From NCBI RefSeq assembly GCF_000738915.1, contig NW_026515637.1:620001-684000 (forward strand): a stretch of 64,000 nt of DNA. Direction: 5' to 3'. The notes beneath the pieces are model-generated. The model did not search any database. It saw nothing but the letters and a program-made list of their open reading frames with translations, and had not been told where the DNA came from. This document shows positions 10,056-20,702 of the stretch, piece by piece. The DNA comes from Nematocida ausubeli (lineage: Eukaryota). Made by a program: the position numbers and the translations under genes. Positions within the stretch are counted from its first letter, which is position 1, and each line of letters opens with the position of its first letter.

Positions 10056-12524
10056 CTATGAAGATATTCCAGCACTAGATGCCCTCATTTGAGAAGAAGG
10101 CCCTTGTGCCAGAATGTGTCCTTGTATTGATCCTGTGTCAATCATGGGTACACACGGGTTTAAGCAGAAGGAGTTCTCGCAAGGACATAATTCTTCAACA
10201 AATGAAGATGTATCAATGGAGATGGGAATTGTTTTATATTCAACATGCTGTTCTATGTTGCATATTTGTCCCACATGGCACATGCCAATTTGTCCTGCAG
10301 GTTGGCCTGTAACAGGTGCCTTACTTGCTTCCACTACAGTCTGCACTGTATGGTGCACTGTGGTTGTCTTTACTTCCGTAATTGTCATTGACTTAGGCAC
10401 CTCAAGTGTCTTTATTTGCTGCACAATTGAGGTCTGCGTGACAGGCTGCACTACCGTAACAGGCTGCATTACTGTAACAGGTTTATCAACTGAAATAGTC
10501 TTAAGAATCTCCTGCATAACAGTAGTAGGCTGTACTACAGTAGTAGGTTGCACTACAGTAGTAGATTGTATGACTGTAGTAGGCTGCAGTATTGTAGTTG
10601 GCAGAGTGACAGTAGCCAGGACAGTTGTAGTCACAGACCTAACCACAGGCTGCGGTACTTTTATCTTAAAGTACCTGATGACATCATAGCACGTAGCACC
10701 AGTGCATCCCCCAGGCAGTGGATTATTCGCAGGCTGCACTGGCACTGCAGATGAAGCTGCTGGTGCTGCAGGTGCAGTCAAAGGCAGTGAATTATCACTA
10801 GGCATAGATGGAGATGCTAATGGTGTAGTATCTGGTATACTGCCAGATGGACTAATTGATGGACTAGCAGAAGAATCTGTTGCAGCACCTGCACCCGCAC
10901 TGGCATCTGCTCCTGTTGCAGCTCCTGCACTAGCGTCTGTTCCTGCTGCTGAATTGGCTCCAGCCGAAGCATCTGCGCCCGCACTAGCTCCAGCTGATGC
11001 ATCCGCTGCTGAACCTGCACTAGCGTCTGTTGCAGCACCCGCGCCTGCACTAGCTCCAGCCGAAGCGTCTGCGCCTGCAGCAGCCCCAGCACTAGAATCC
11101 GCTGTAGCACCGGCACCGGCACTAGCTCCAGCCGAAGCGTCTGCGCCTGCACTGGCTCCAGCAGAGGCATCTGCACTTGCCCCGCCTACTGCGGCACCTG
11201 CTGCCCCTCCGGCTACTGCACCTGCTGCTGCCCCGCCTACTACTGCTCCTGTTGCCATTGCCTGCACTGAGACTGTTTTCCCCATGGATGCTGAGTAGTT
11301 TGCTTGTGCTGCCCCACTGACGGATAGTTGATTTGACACTAACTTCATGGAACCTGCTTGCTTTGCTGCTTCTGCATCTGATATATTTATCTGATAGAAT
11401 CCTGTTTCCGTTAATTTTGCTTTTTGTTTTATTTCCTGTGCTGATTTACACCCGCACTCTTGTCCTTTGAACATCCCAGACTCATCAATAATTGAACCAT
11501 TTACCATTTTCATTTGTAAAGTACCCTCTGCATCCTTGTAGCAGTTGCAGTCTGCTGAGAAGTACACTGCAATATTTGTGATTTGCTGTGCATTCGTGAC
11601 CTTCATGGCATTCTTGATATCTTCTGACTTGCAGCCTGTTATGCTTGTTATGGTAGATATATTTGCAGACTGAGAAATATTCGCAGAGACAGTCTTACTC
11701 TGACTAATTCCTGCACTACTAGCCCCAATACTAACTGACTTTGATGCACCATTCAGAGATGCACTGTGACCACTTCCTGTTGCACTAATGTGTACTGATT
11801 TACTGCTGGATATATTCTTACTAATACTACTAGGGGATATACTCTTGCTATGTGCACTTGTACTTTTCCCCAGGGAGGCAGACGCAGACTCCTTTGATGC
11901 ACTCTTTTTATTCGCTGTATTACTACTTTGTACCTTACTGCTAGCTGTCTTACTATCACTCAGTGTCTTACTACTTTGTGTCTTACTGCTAGCTGTCTTA
12001 CTGCCTGCCTTACTACTACTAGCTGTCTTACTACTAGCTGTCTTTTGTTTTGACGTGCTTGAACTTGCCTTTCCTCCCCCAAATAACCCGAATATTCCAC
12101 CTCCTGATGACTCTGTGCTCTTTGTGGTTGGTTTGCTTGTTGTGGTTGCATTTGATCCTCCCCCAAATAGGCCCAGAATGCCTCCTTTGCTGGCTGTGCT
12201 GGTGCTTGTTGGTTTTGTCTTACTAGTAGATGATTTAGTAGTGGATGTCTTACTGGTTTTTGGTTTAGTGGCTGATGTCTTGGTCTTACTTGTTGCTGGT
12301 TTAGTGGCTGTGTCATTCTTTGCTTGTGGCTTTGGTGCTGCCCCTGACTGTGGGGGTGTCTTAGGCGCACTTGCATTTGGTTCTGCAGCTGCTAGTTTGA
12401 TTGGTTTCAGAAGATCTGCATTTACGACCTGATCCATTAAGTTATTCTGGAATAACTTACTGTATACCAGTGTGGCAGATGCATGGAGAACGAGTCCCCC
12501 AAGTATTTTCCTGGATATTTTCAT
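10056..12524 (-). CDS. Large secreted mucin/adhesin-like repeat protein (candidate spore wall or polar tube protein)
   Basis: ATG at 12524 (12533 is TTG); N-terminal hydrophobic signal; KTASSK repeats, a small Cys-containing domain, ADASAGASAG repeats, VVQPTT repeats and a Cys-rich C-terminus. Confidence 0.8.
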   Translation of the reverse strand: MKISRKILGGLVLHASATLVYSKLFQNNLMDQVVNADLLKPIKLAAAEPNASAPKTPPQSGAAPKPQAKNDTATKPATSKTKTSATKPKTSKTSTTKSSTSKTKPTSTSTASKGGILGLFGGGSNATTTSKPTTKSTESSGGGIFGLFGGGKASSSTSKQKTASSKTASSSKAGSKTASSKTQSSKTLSDSKTASSKVQSSNTANKKSASKESASASLGKSTSAHSKSISPSSISKNISSSKSVHISATGSGHSASLNGASKSVSIGASSAGISQSKTVSANISQSANISTITSITGCKSEDIKNAMKVTNAQQITNIAVYFSADCNCYKDAEGTLQMKMVNGSIIDESGMFKGQECGCKSAQEIKQKAKLTETGFYQINISDAEAAKQAGSMKLVSNQLSVSGAAQANYSASMGKTVSVQAMATGAVVGGAAAGAVAGGAAGAAVGGASADASAGASAGADASAGASAGAGATADSSAGAAAGADASAGASAGAGAATDASAGSAADASAGASAGADASAGANSAAGTDASAGAATGADASAGAGAATDSSASPSISPSGSIPDTTPLASPSMPSDNSLPLTAPAAPAASSAVPVQPANNPLPGGCTGATCYDVIRYFKIKVPQPVVRSVTTTVLATVTLPTTILQPTTVIQSTTVVQPTTVVQPTTVMQEILKTISVDKPVTVMQPVTVVQPVTQTSIVQQIKTLEVPKSMTITEVKTTTVHHTVQTVVEASKAPVTGQPAGQIGMCHVGQICNIEQHVEYKTIPISIDTSSFVEELCPCENSFCLNPCVPMIDTGSIQGHILAQGPSSQMRASSAGISS

Positions 12525-13212
12525 AATAAACAATAACCCGGAAATTAAATGTAAATAAACAATGGGGCACTTGGTTGGTTTATTATATTCAGGTGCACAT
12601 TATTACAGGATATATTAGGAAATACCAGTATATCACTGTATATAACACTATATAACTGAATATAATCAAAATTAACTGATTTATACACTATATAACTAAA
12701 ATCCAGTTAAATTATATGTTATAAATCACTATATAGCAATATAACCCACATATATTAAATACCCACCATATATCCCTTTATATGTTCCCCATACAATCTG
12801 AGTATATTTATGCCTGATATGCCCCTGCACTAAAATATAATTTAGGAAAGGACAAAGGCGTTTTTACTTTTTTCCTAAAAATTTTATATATTTCGCATGT
12901 GATAGGAAGGAACTTTTTAAATTCCATAGAAAATAAAAAAAACACCTTTCCAAATTTCTATTGAAGAAAATATCCAGATTAAAATATTAAAGAGAATAAC
13001 CCGAAATAACCATAAACATCTTATTTTAACTGCATTTTAACAAGAACTAGCATATTTTAACAAACAAACACCTTAATCTACCCGTATTTTAACCATACTT
13101 AACCATATTTTAACCACATTCCACTAAGAACACACAATATTTTTACAAAACCAAAAATAACAACAACCCCCATTTATTATACTATTACCGAATACAGTAA
13201 TTTCCGTTATAA

Positions 13213-13701
13213 TCATGACCATTGCCTATTACTTAGTCCCAGCATAAACCCAACTATCATCCCAAATAGTCCAATAAATTCCCCAAATACTAACAACAAA
13301 AAGAATGACGTCTTAAACCTCTTCTGTTGTGCTGCTGTTATGGTTGCCACTGCAGATATATCTCCCAGACCAACTGAACCCCAGAACATCCCCATTCCTG
13401 TTACAATATACCCTGCTAACCATTTTAGTGGCATAGTGAACGTATTTGCGTCTCCTGTGGGTGGAGTTATAAAGAACAACAGAACTGCGTACAGAATGGA
13501 CACTCCAATGAATGCTGCTGGAATGACAGTTAGAACTATGTCATTTTTAACTGCTGCAGATTGACAAATTCCATGAGATGCTTTGCCCATGCCTATGCTT
13601 ACACCTGCGAATGCAGGGCACAGTAATAAGACTACGCCTAATGGATATATGCAATCCAGCAAGGGCGTTCTTTCGCTTAGTAGTGCTTGTTCGCTTGTCA
13701 T
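13213..13701 (-). CDS. V-type ATPase proteolipid subunit (c/c' family)
   Basis: Four TM helices; IPAAFIGVSILYA; C-terminal QQKRFKTSFFLLLVFGEFIGLFGMIVG with the proton-carrying Glu. Start placed at MTSEQ because the upstream extension runs through the repeat array. Confidence 0.9.
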   Translation of the reverse strand: MTSEQALLSERTPLLDCIYPLGVVLLLCPAFAGVSIGMGKASHGICQSAAVKNDIVLTVIPAAFIGVSILYAVLLFFITPPTGDANTFTMPLKWLAGYIVTGMGMFWGSVGLGDISAVATITAAQQKRFKTSFFLLLVFGEFIGLFGMIVGFMLGLSNRQWS

Positions 13702-13736
13702 GTTTGGAAATTGAAAAATAAAATATTTATTTATTT

Positions 13737-14397
13737 TGACAAGACTTAATCCCCGGGCATAAGTCTTGGCTATTTTAGGAGAGAGTGGAATAAGTCTTGT
13801 CAGTTTTGGGAGGGAGTGGAATAAATTGTGATAAAGTAGATTAAGTCTTGTCATTTGTTGACGTCAAGTGGATTAGGTCTTGTCACTTATGGGCATATAC
13901 TGGATTAAGTCTTGTTATATTGGATTAAATTGTGACTAAGTGGAATAAGTCTTGTAATAGCGGATTAAATCTTAATGATTTTGGGAGAAGTGGAAAAAGT
14001 CTTGTCGTTTTATATTTAAAAATAATAAGTCTTGTCATAGTGGATTAAGTCTTGTCATTTATGGGCATATAGTGGCATAAGTCTTGTATTATATTTCGAC
14101 AAAACTTATAGCATGGAATAAGTCTTGTCATTTAGAGAATAAGTCTTGTCCAGAAAGTATGCATAATTTATGGCACTAAGTGTAATAAGTCTTATCATTA
14201 TGGACATAACTTAATCCACTTTATACAGCACTTAATCCACCCTGTGCAAGACTTAATCCACTTTATAAAAATAAACCAAGACTTTGTCCATATACTGCAA
14301 GACTTATTCCACTTTATACAGAACTTAATCCACAATTACAAGACTTAATAAACTATATTCCCATAAGTGACAAGACTTAATCCACATATTATCCACT
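13737..14397. repeat. Array A of the GTGGA(T/A)TAAGTCTTG unit, inverted in the middle
   Basis: Over a dozen forward copies at about 13758-14197, then reverse copies (CAAGACTTAATCCAC) at about 14208-14397, filling the divergent intergenic region. Confidence 0.9.
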
Positions 14398-14477
14398 CCT
14401 ACAATATAACAAACTTTCTATTACCATATTTGGCAATAAAAATATAACGATATTTCTTTTACTTTTTTTTTTATTTT

Positions 14478-15191
14478 ATGTTCAATAAGGACAATTACCA
14501 CTGGACGCAGCAAGATTTCACAGAAGAAGGTCTCTCCTTAATTGTCGCGAAATTAAAAGAGAAAAATATCCAATTCCACCCAGACGAATCTACAATCTAC
14601 CTCACACAAAGAATGAACAAGAAGTCAGCGCGTATTGACATCTCTGGTGTACTACAGCAAGGAAGTATCTGTGAGAGAGTGGTCGGGGACGTCGGAGTAG
14701 AGGAAAGAGATGCATCAGAATTAAAAAAAGTATTTAATAAGGTTGTATCTGAGGTTATTGAAGAATTAAAAAATAATAAAAAAGTACCTAATGAAATTTT
14801 AATTAAAAAAACAAAAGACTACAAAGTCACCGTTATTTTTAATAAAAACTTTGATCAGGTAAAAAATGTTATTTTTGATTTTAATTTAATCTCTGCAATT
14901 TCCCCAATTAGACCAATTCCAACAGGCCCTAATAATATAACTATAAATACCCATGAAATATCCATGGAAATCAGCCGTACAGAACTTAAAGACACATCTA
15001 CGATACGCCTGGCCCTAGATAACTCTAATTTCCTGTTGAATCTTAGACTAATTCCTGTTGGAAATGAGTCTAGACTAATTATAACGGGAAATAATTCAAA
15101 TTCCGTTGGAAATAGGTTCATTACGTTGTACGAACAGGTAATATTAGAGCCATTAAAGAATGCCGTAGGGATACGCTATACTATTGAATAA
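14478..15191 (+). CDS. AHA1: Aha1-like activator of Hsp90 ATPase (divergent)
   Basis: N-terminus NKDNYHWTQQDFTEEGLSLIVAKL resembles the Aha1 NxNNWHW motif; TQRMNKK resembles the RKGK motif. Confidence 0.55.
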   Translation: MFNKDNYHWTQQDFTEEGLSLIVAKLKEKNIQFHPDESTIYLTQRMNKKSARIDISGVLQQGSICERVVGDVGVEERDASELKKVFNKVVSEVIEELKNNKKVPNEILIKKTKDYKVTVIFNKNFDQVKNVIFDFNLISAISPIRPIPTGPNNITINTHEISMEISRTELKDTSTIRLALDNSNFLLNLRLIPVGNESRLIITGNNSNSVGNRFITLYEQVILEPLKNAVGIRYTIE

Positions 15192-15218
15192 AAGTATCTG
15201 GGAGTATATAAATATGCA

Positions 15219-15414
15219 GTGGATTAAGTCTTGTCAAATTTATAAAAAGTGGAAAAAGTCTTGGTAATGTGGATTAAATTGTGACAAAGTGGATTAAGTC
15301 TTGTCATCTTTGGGGTAGGGTGGAAAAAGTTCTGTCATTGTGGATTAAGTCCTGGTAAAGTGGATTAAATTGTGTCATTGTGGAAAAAGTCCTGTAATAG
15401 GTGAAAAAAGTCTT
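15219..15414 (+). repeat. Array B of the GTGGA(T/A)TAAGTCTTG unit (forward only)
   Basis: About 9 degenerate copies directly downstream of 14478..15191. Confidence 0.9.
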
Positions 15415-15419
15415 ATTAA

Positions 15420-15835
15420 TTCTATACAAGGAGTATATAAGGGATAGACTAATTACAACGGGAATTTAGTCTATTTTACAACAGGAATAGAATAAATAGG
15501 AAAATTATGACCAAATTTGAGCTATAAAATATATAGACTAATTATATCTGGGGATATAAAGAGATAGACTAATTACAGTGGGGTATGACTAATTATAACA
15601 GAATACAACAGGCATTTAGTCTATTTTACAACAGGATAGACCAATTACACCAGTAATACACTAAATACAACACAATTATATATATTAGTCATAATTATAA
15701 CAATAATACACTAACTATAACAAGATATAACCTAAATATAACAGTAATACACTAAATATGCAATAATATACAATGATACACTAAATACAACGGTGATACA
15801 CTAATTATAACAGTAATATACAGTGATAATCTAAT
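15420..15835. repeat. Degenerate intergenic quasi-repeat (TAGACTAATTA / TACACTAAATACAAC units)
   Basis: Recurrent GACTAATTA(C/T)A and ATACACTAA; ATTTAGTCTATTTTACAACAGGA occurs twice. Confidence 0.55.
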
Positions 15836-15908
15836 AAAATAAGCTCCCCATAATGGCCGTCTTTATTTTATTAAAATTAAAACTATATAAATATTTTATT
15901 TTTTTTAA

Positions 15909-16313
<405 letters not shown>

Positions 16314-16609
16314 TCAATAAATTATTTAATGGGTTTATTACTGATTTGGGTAATTTTATTGTTTTTGTATGACAAAAAGGGAAATTACCGTTTATGGTAA
16401 TTTATGGTGGTTTTTGTGTGATAAAAAGGGAAATTGCCGCATTGGGAGTGTAATATGTGTTTATTGCCTTATTAGGAAATTACTGGCTATTACTGTTTAT
16501 GGTAATTCTGTGATACGGTGGAATATTTCCTTATTGGGAGTGTAATATATGATAAGATAGGATATTACTAAATGTGGTAATAGTGGTTATGTTTAAGCTA
16601 GATTGGTAT

Positions 16610-16762
16610 ATTAAGTCTTGGCAGTTTTAGAAAGGAGTGGAATGAGTTATGCACACTTTCTGGACAAGACTTAATCCACTTTGTCAGAACTTATGACACA
16701 TTGACAAGACTTAATCCACTCCTTCCCAAAACTGACAAGACTTAATCCACTATATGCCCATA
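16610..16762. repeat. Array C of the GTGGATTAAGTCTTG unit (forward then reverse)
   Basis: Two degenerate forward copies, then four reverse copies (GACAAGACTTAATCCAC); shares longer linker modules with array A. Confidence 0.85.
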
Positions 16763-16892
16763 AATAACTTAAAATTATTTATAAATAACCCGAACCATTT
16801 ACATAATATACTCGAATAGTTAATATAACCATATTGCAGACTTTAATATAAGTTAGAATTACGGGATAAAAGCAAAATTTATTTTTATTTTT

Positions 16893-19193
16893 ATGAAGGT
16901 ACAGATTCTGTGTGCAGTAGTAGGACTATTCTTAACAGGGAAGTGCCATGATAGTGTGTACATGGGAGTGGACAGTTCTGTATTCGTGCCATGCGTAAAT
17001 ACGTTTGACAGTTCATTCATTACCTCTGGGAATACAGCTGGTAAGAAGATTGAAAAAGAAAAAACAATAATTATCGACTATTCTGGGGCAAAAACCGATG
17101 GAAATCAGCCTATTAAGAGTATAACCAAGGGAATATACTTTCCTCAAGTGATTGCATCAGAGGACATGAAAATAGCATGTTTTATAAACAAAAATGTAAA
17201 GATATCACCAGAAACTGATGCAAGAACAGTGAAAGTTGATGATCTGTACACAGAGGTACCAGATATAGCCGTATACAAGGCGTATCTTAATAAGGCCCTC
17301 AAGAAATACCGTAAGAACAGGACAGTTCTGAGCCTGGGAATGACAACCAGAGGATACTTCAGTCCAGAGACACAAAAAACACTTTTGCATGCAATGAAGG
17401 AAGTAGCTCCCATTGCACAGATACAACTACTTACAGATGGAATGGCACAGGCAGTAGACCGAATTCTAAGCTCAAAAAGAAAGACAGGCCATATTGTGAC
17501 ATATACCATGAGGGGAAGTAAAATGGCAGCAGAAATATTCTACTTCAAGAAGGATGATGATGTAAAGAAGGGAAGTGAGATATTCCTCTTAAATCAAGAG
17601 ATATTTGAAGGATACTCTGACTTTGCAGTTATAACCCTTATTTATAATTATATTCTTGGTGAAATTAAGAAGCTTATTAATGAAAAGTATCCTGCCCTGC
17701 AGTATGACCTGGTTGGAACACCCTGCCTGTCATTCTCACAGGATGCACTGCCTGCAGATGAAAAGGATGCAATTCAAGTGGCAGAGCCAGAAAAGACCTT
17801 TTCTGTTGAAATATTACCACTAATTGATCTCGCACTGCAAAGTATCTGGAAGATACGGGTAAAGGCAGACCAAGGGAGTGACTTAGTTATAGATAACCTA
17901 GATGAAGTACAGTACATCAGGACACTTTCAATTACACTTCTTGAAAAGTCAGAAGATGGAAAGAGTCTTGTACTGCTGCCACATGCACAGAAGGAACAGA
18001 TAGAAATAGACTTAATCCCATTGCACCACACTTTAATGGAGTACGTTAAGGAGACAAAAGGGTTCATTGGTAAAATGATAGAGAAAACAGAAGAAACCCT
18101 GAAAAATATGCAGAACCAGACAGAAAATAAAGAGAATGCGGAAAATGAAGAGATGCATAGAGATGTATCGATATATAATGACATATTCAATCCCCAGGAG
18201 TACTTGAATATGATGCATTCATTGAATATCTCGGATGCATTCACCCCCAGCAAGTCAGACCTGGCAAGTGCTCCTTTGCACATGAAGCGCACGAATATCA
18301 CGATCAGGGACAAGCAAGAAAGAGCTAAATATCAGGTAGAGTACAGCAGCACCAGTATAGGAGACTCCTTCCGGCTGTACTCTCTGAATGGCGAGTTAAA
18401 GAAATGGACATTTTACACGACTGCTTTAAACCATGAGATGGAAATAAAGGAAACCCTTCACTCCCTTATCACAGGATCAGTGGAGACTGAAGAGTATAAA
18501 AACTTAGTCAAAAAATACGGTAAAGCCAGAATAGCCTCACTGCAAGAGACAGTCAACTTAATCTGCAATGGAAGATCCTTAAAGGAAGTCACGCACTCCA
18601 AGGACTACCCAGAAATTGCCAAGAATTACCAGAAAATGGTCTCTGACGCAGAAAAGGAGCTTTTCTTGAATAAGGAAATTGAAACCCTTCAGAAGAATCT
18701 GCCATCCTTGATAAAGAAGGCCCTGGGGTTGGTAAAGAAAAGACAGGAGACAATTCCAGAGCCATGCGATAATCTTGTCTCGTTCCTGGCAAGGAATAAA
18801 GTTGTAGGAAATGAAGTGCAGATGGAAGAGGCGTACTCCATGGACATGCCACTTAATAAGAAGGCAGAGCTAAAGAGACGGCTTAAAACCATTGAAGACG
18901 GAGTTAATTACAGAAAGTACATGATTGAAACAGAATACACACAGCATCTGGAGGCACAGGAGAAGATGAAGGCAGAACAAAAGAAGGCAGAAGAAATGCA
19001 AAAAGAAGAAGAGAAGAAAGAAGCTGAAACTCTCTTCCCAGAGCAAACAAAAGAAGAATCTGAAGGTGCACCACTTAAATCTGATGGCGCAACTGAATCT
19101 GAAGAGGTTATTAGTGAAATAGGCAAGAAAGAAGAAGAAACAGGAAAGACCGCCGCATTCGATGAACTCCCAATTCTAAAAGAGATTCTATAA
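16893..19193 (+). CDS. ER-targeted Hsp70-superfamily protein, Lhs1/Grp170-like, highly divergent
   Basis: Signal peptide; YMGVDSS at the phosphate-1 position; QKTLLHAM...IQLLTDGMAQAV resembles LINDGxAxA; IVTYTMRGS resembles YDMGS; acidic tail ending KEIL. Confidence 0.6.
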   Translation: MKVQILCAVVGLFLTGKCHDSVYMGVDSSVFVPCVNTFDSSFITSGNTAGKKIEKEKTIIIDYSGAKTDGNQPIKSITKGIYFPQVIASEDMKIACFINKNVKISPETDARTVKVDDLYTEVPDIAVYKAYLNKALKKYRKNRTVLSLGMTTRGYFSPETQKTLLHAMKEVAPIAQIQLLTDGMAQAVDRILSSKRKTGHIVTYTMRGSKMAAEIFYFKKDDDVKKGSEIFLLNQEIFEGYSDFAVITLIYNYILGEIKKLINEKYPALQYDLVGTPCLSFSQDALPADEKDAIQVAEPEKTFSVEILPLIDLALQSIWKIRVKADQGSDLVIDNLDEVQYIRTLSITLLEKSEDGKSLVLLPHAQKEQIEIDLIPLHHTLMEYVKETKGFIGKMIEKTEETLKNMQNQTENKENAENEEMHRDVSIYNDIFNPQEYLNMMHSLNISDAFTPSKSDLASAPLHMKRTNITIRDKQERAKYQVEYSSTSIGDSFRLYSLNGELKKWTFYTTALNHEMEIKETLHSLITGSVETEEYKNLVKKYGKARIASLQETVNLICNGRSLKEVTHSKDYPEIAKNYQKMVSDAEKELFLNKEIETLQKNLPSLIKKALGLVKKRQETIPEPCDNLVSFLARNKVVGNEVQMEEAYSMDMPLNKKAELKRRLKTIEDGVNYRKYMIETEYTQHLEAQEKMKAEQKKAEEMQKEEEKKEAETLFPEQTKEESEGAPLKSDGATESEEVISEIGKKEEETGKTAAFDELPILKEIL

Positions 19194-19429
19194 TCCAAAT
19201 TAAATTGAATAAAATTTAGTGGAATATCTGGTATTGCATTATTTAGTCTTATTATTGCTAGTCTTTGCCTTCAGGCGTATATTCTTTCTTCAACCAGGCC
19301 ATATACATAGTTTGTTGAGTTTACTGCAGGCTAATGTACTATAGGTGGCTTTTCTTGTATACGCAAATATATGTATGGCTTACACTCTTTGTGCTATTTG
19401 TCTAAGAAGAATTTTCTCATCTATTAATA

Positions 19430-19650
19430 ATATTGACGTATCCAAAAGAGAGTGAAATTTTAGCCAGTGAATAGTGGTTTTGTTCGTATATCCCTCTGTA
19501 TGCCTAAATACACTGTGGGTTATAGTGTTTTTATCTCTTTTATTCTTCATTTTTGGCATGCAATTCTTTTGTTAATTATTCTCTTGCAGTTATGTAGAAA
19601 TTCTTTCATTTACTTGTAACTTCGGGTAGAGAAGTGCAGGTTTATCACAA
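19430..19650 (+). repeat. Dispersed non-coding module, direct copy of about 39394-39645
   Basis: Shared CAAAAGAGAGTGAA.TTTT.GCCA, CCTAAATACACTGTGG and TTTATTCTTCATTTT blocks in the same order. Confidence 0.8.
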
Positions 19651-19775
19651 CTATTAACAGTGCTTATAGAGTATTTTTCTGGACAAGCATAATAATTTCT
19701 GTGGTCTGTATGTAGAAGACAAGGAATAAATAAATTACAAAGAAAGGACTATGCTAGTTTAAATTTTTAAAGGAA
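19645..19775 (+). repeat. Dispersed non-coding module, inverted copy of about 35275-35405
   Basis: GCATAATAATTTCTG..GTATGTAGAAGACAAG..ACTATGCTAGTTTAAATTTTTAA is present as the reverse complement at about 35280-35400. Confidence 0.8.
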
Positions 19776-19999
19776 AATTAGTTATGCTAATTGCTGTCAC
19801 TCAGCAGTGCATGCTTTTATACTAAATTATGTCTACTCTAGCTTTGTTTCAAGGAGGTTTTCCATTAAAACTACTTTTTATACAATTCAGTGTGTGCTCT
19901 GTCTACTTTTTACTTTTCCTCTCTTTCTAGTGCTCTTTTTATATTTTTATTCTTTTATATATTGGAAAATAAAGTGTATATTTCTTATAGTGAAGTAAT

Positions 20000-20167
20000 T
20001 TATTACTAGAATACCTGGAGAGAAATAAAACAGCAGAAGAACAAGAAAATAGGAATAAGTTGTACAAACCAGAGAACCATCATCGGCCAAACACGAAGAG
20101 AGAAACAAAAGCGAAATACAGAGAGAAACACGGCGCAGACAAATAAAGAGCAAAACAAGCATTTATT
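20000..20167 (+). repeat. 168-bp conserved element, copy A (inverted relative to 41276-41443)
   Basis: Manual alignment gives 160/168 identity with no gaps; all 8 differences are transitions. Confidence 0.95.
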
Positions 20168-20702
20168 GAGAGCTAAGCAGACACTTAGCATAAAACATGC
20201 AACTTTGGAATAGCATCATAATTATTTTGATAATACATGCTTTGCCTGCTTGCATAGAACAGTAAAGAGTCAGCGAAATGCATCAAAGAAGTATGCCATA
20301 ATATTCTTTGCAATGAATAATTCTACAATAGAATAATGCACTCTTCAGATTATATATGAAATTATCTAAATAATGCACACTTATACGCTATGCGCAAGTC
20401 TTGGCCACTATGGATAAACTATTTCGATTTCTCCCCACATAAATAAAAATTCTAAAGCTAAAATTAAAGAACTTCAGTAGTTGATTCCACAGCCCTCACA
20501 AAACCCAGATACTCTTACAGTGGTTGAAGTATCATTGCATCTCTTTTCTAGAAGGCTAAAATGGCATCCTTAGGAAAACTCTACTTTCCCTAGGGCATAG
20601 ACTGCTCAGAAATACATATTCCCATTTTCTTCGCTAGTCCCCATTCAAATAAGCTTTCTTGAAGGTTGGTTTGTACTATACATGGCAGAGAATAAACGTA
20701 GA

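Noticed and set aside
7966..12432. Long hydrophobic + strand ORFs (7966..8754, 8776..9420, 10114..10689, 10702..11298, 11788..12432)
   Set aside because: They are antisense shadows of low-complexity K/S/T/A-rich genes; the same applies to 21157..22041 and similar ORFs.
13702..13854. N-terminal extension of the V-ATPase proteolipid
   Set aside because: It is translated repeat-array DNA (LTRLIPL units); the family length fits a start at 13701.
13737..14397. Repeat arrays as CRISPR
   Set aside because: Units are ~15 bp and degenerate, linkers are mostly under 20 bp and are reused, orientation flips, there are no cas genes and the context is eukaryotic.
19947..20191. Short ORFs over the 168-bp element (also 41150..41496) as genes
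   Set aside because: Starts and ends differ between copies, several frames are open because of purine/pyrimidine bias, and the purine-strand frame lacks an ATG. Not excluded, but unsupported.
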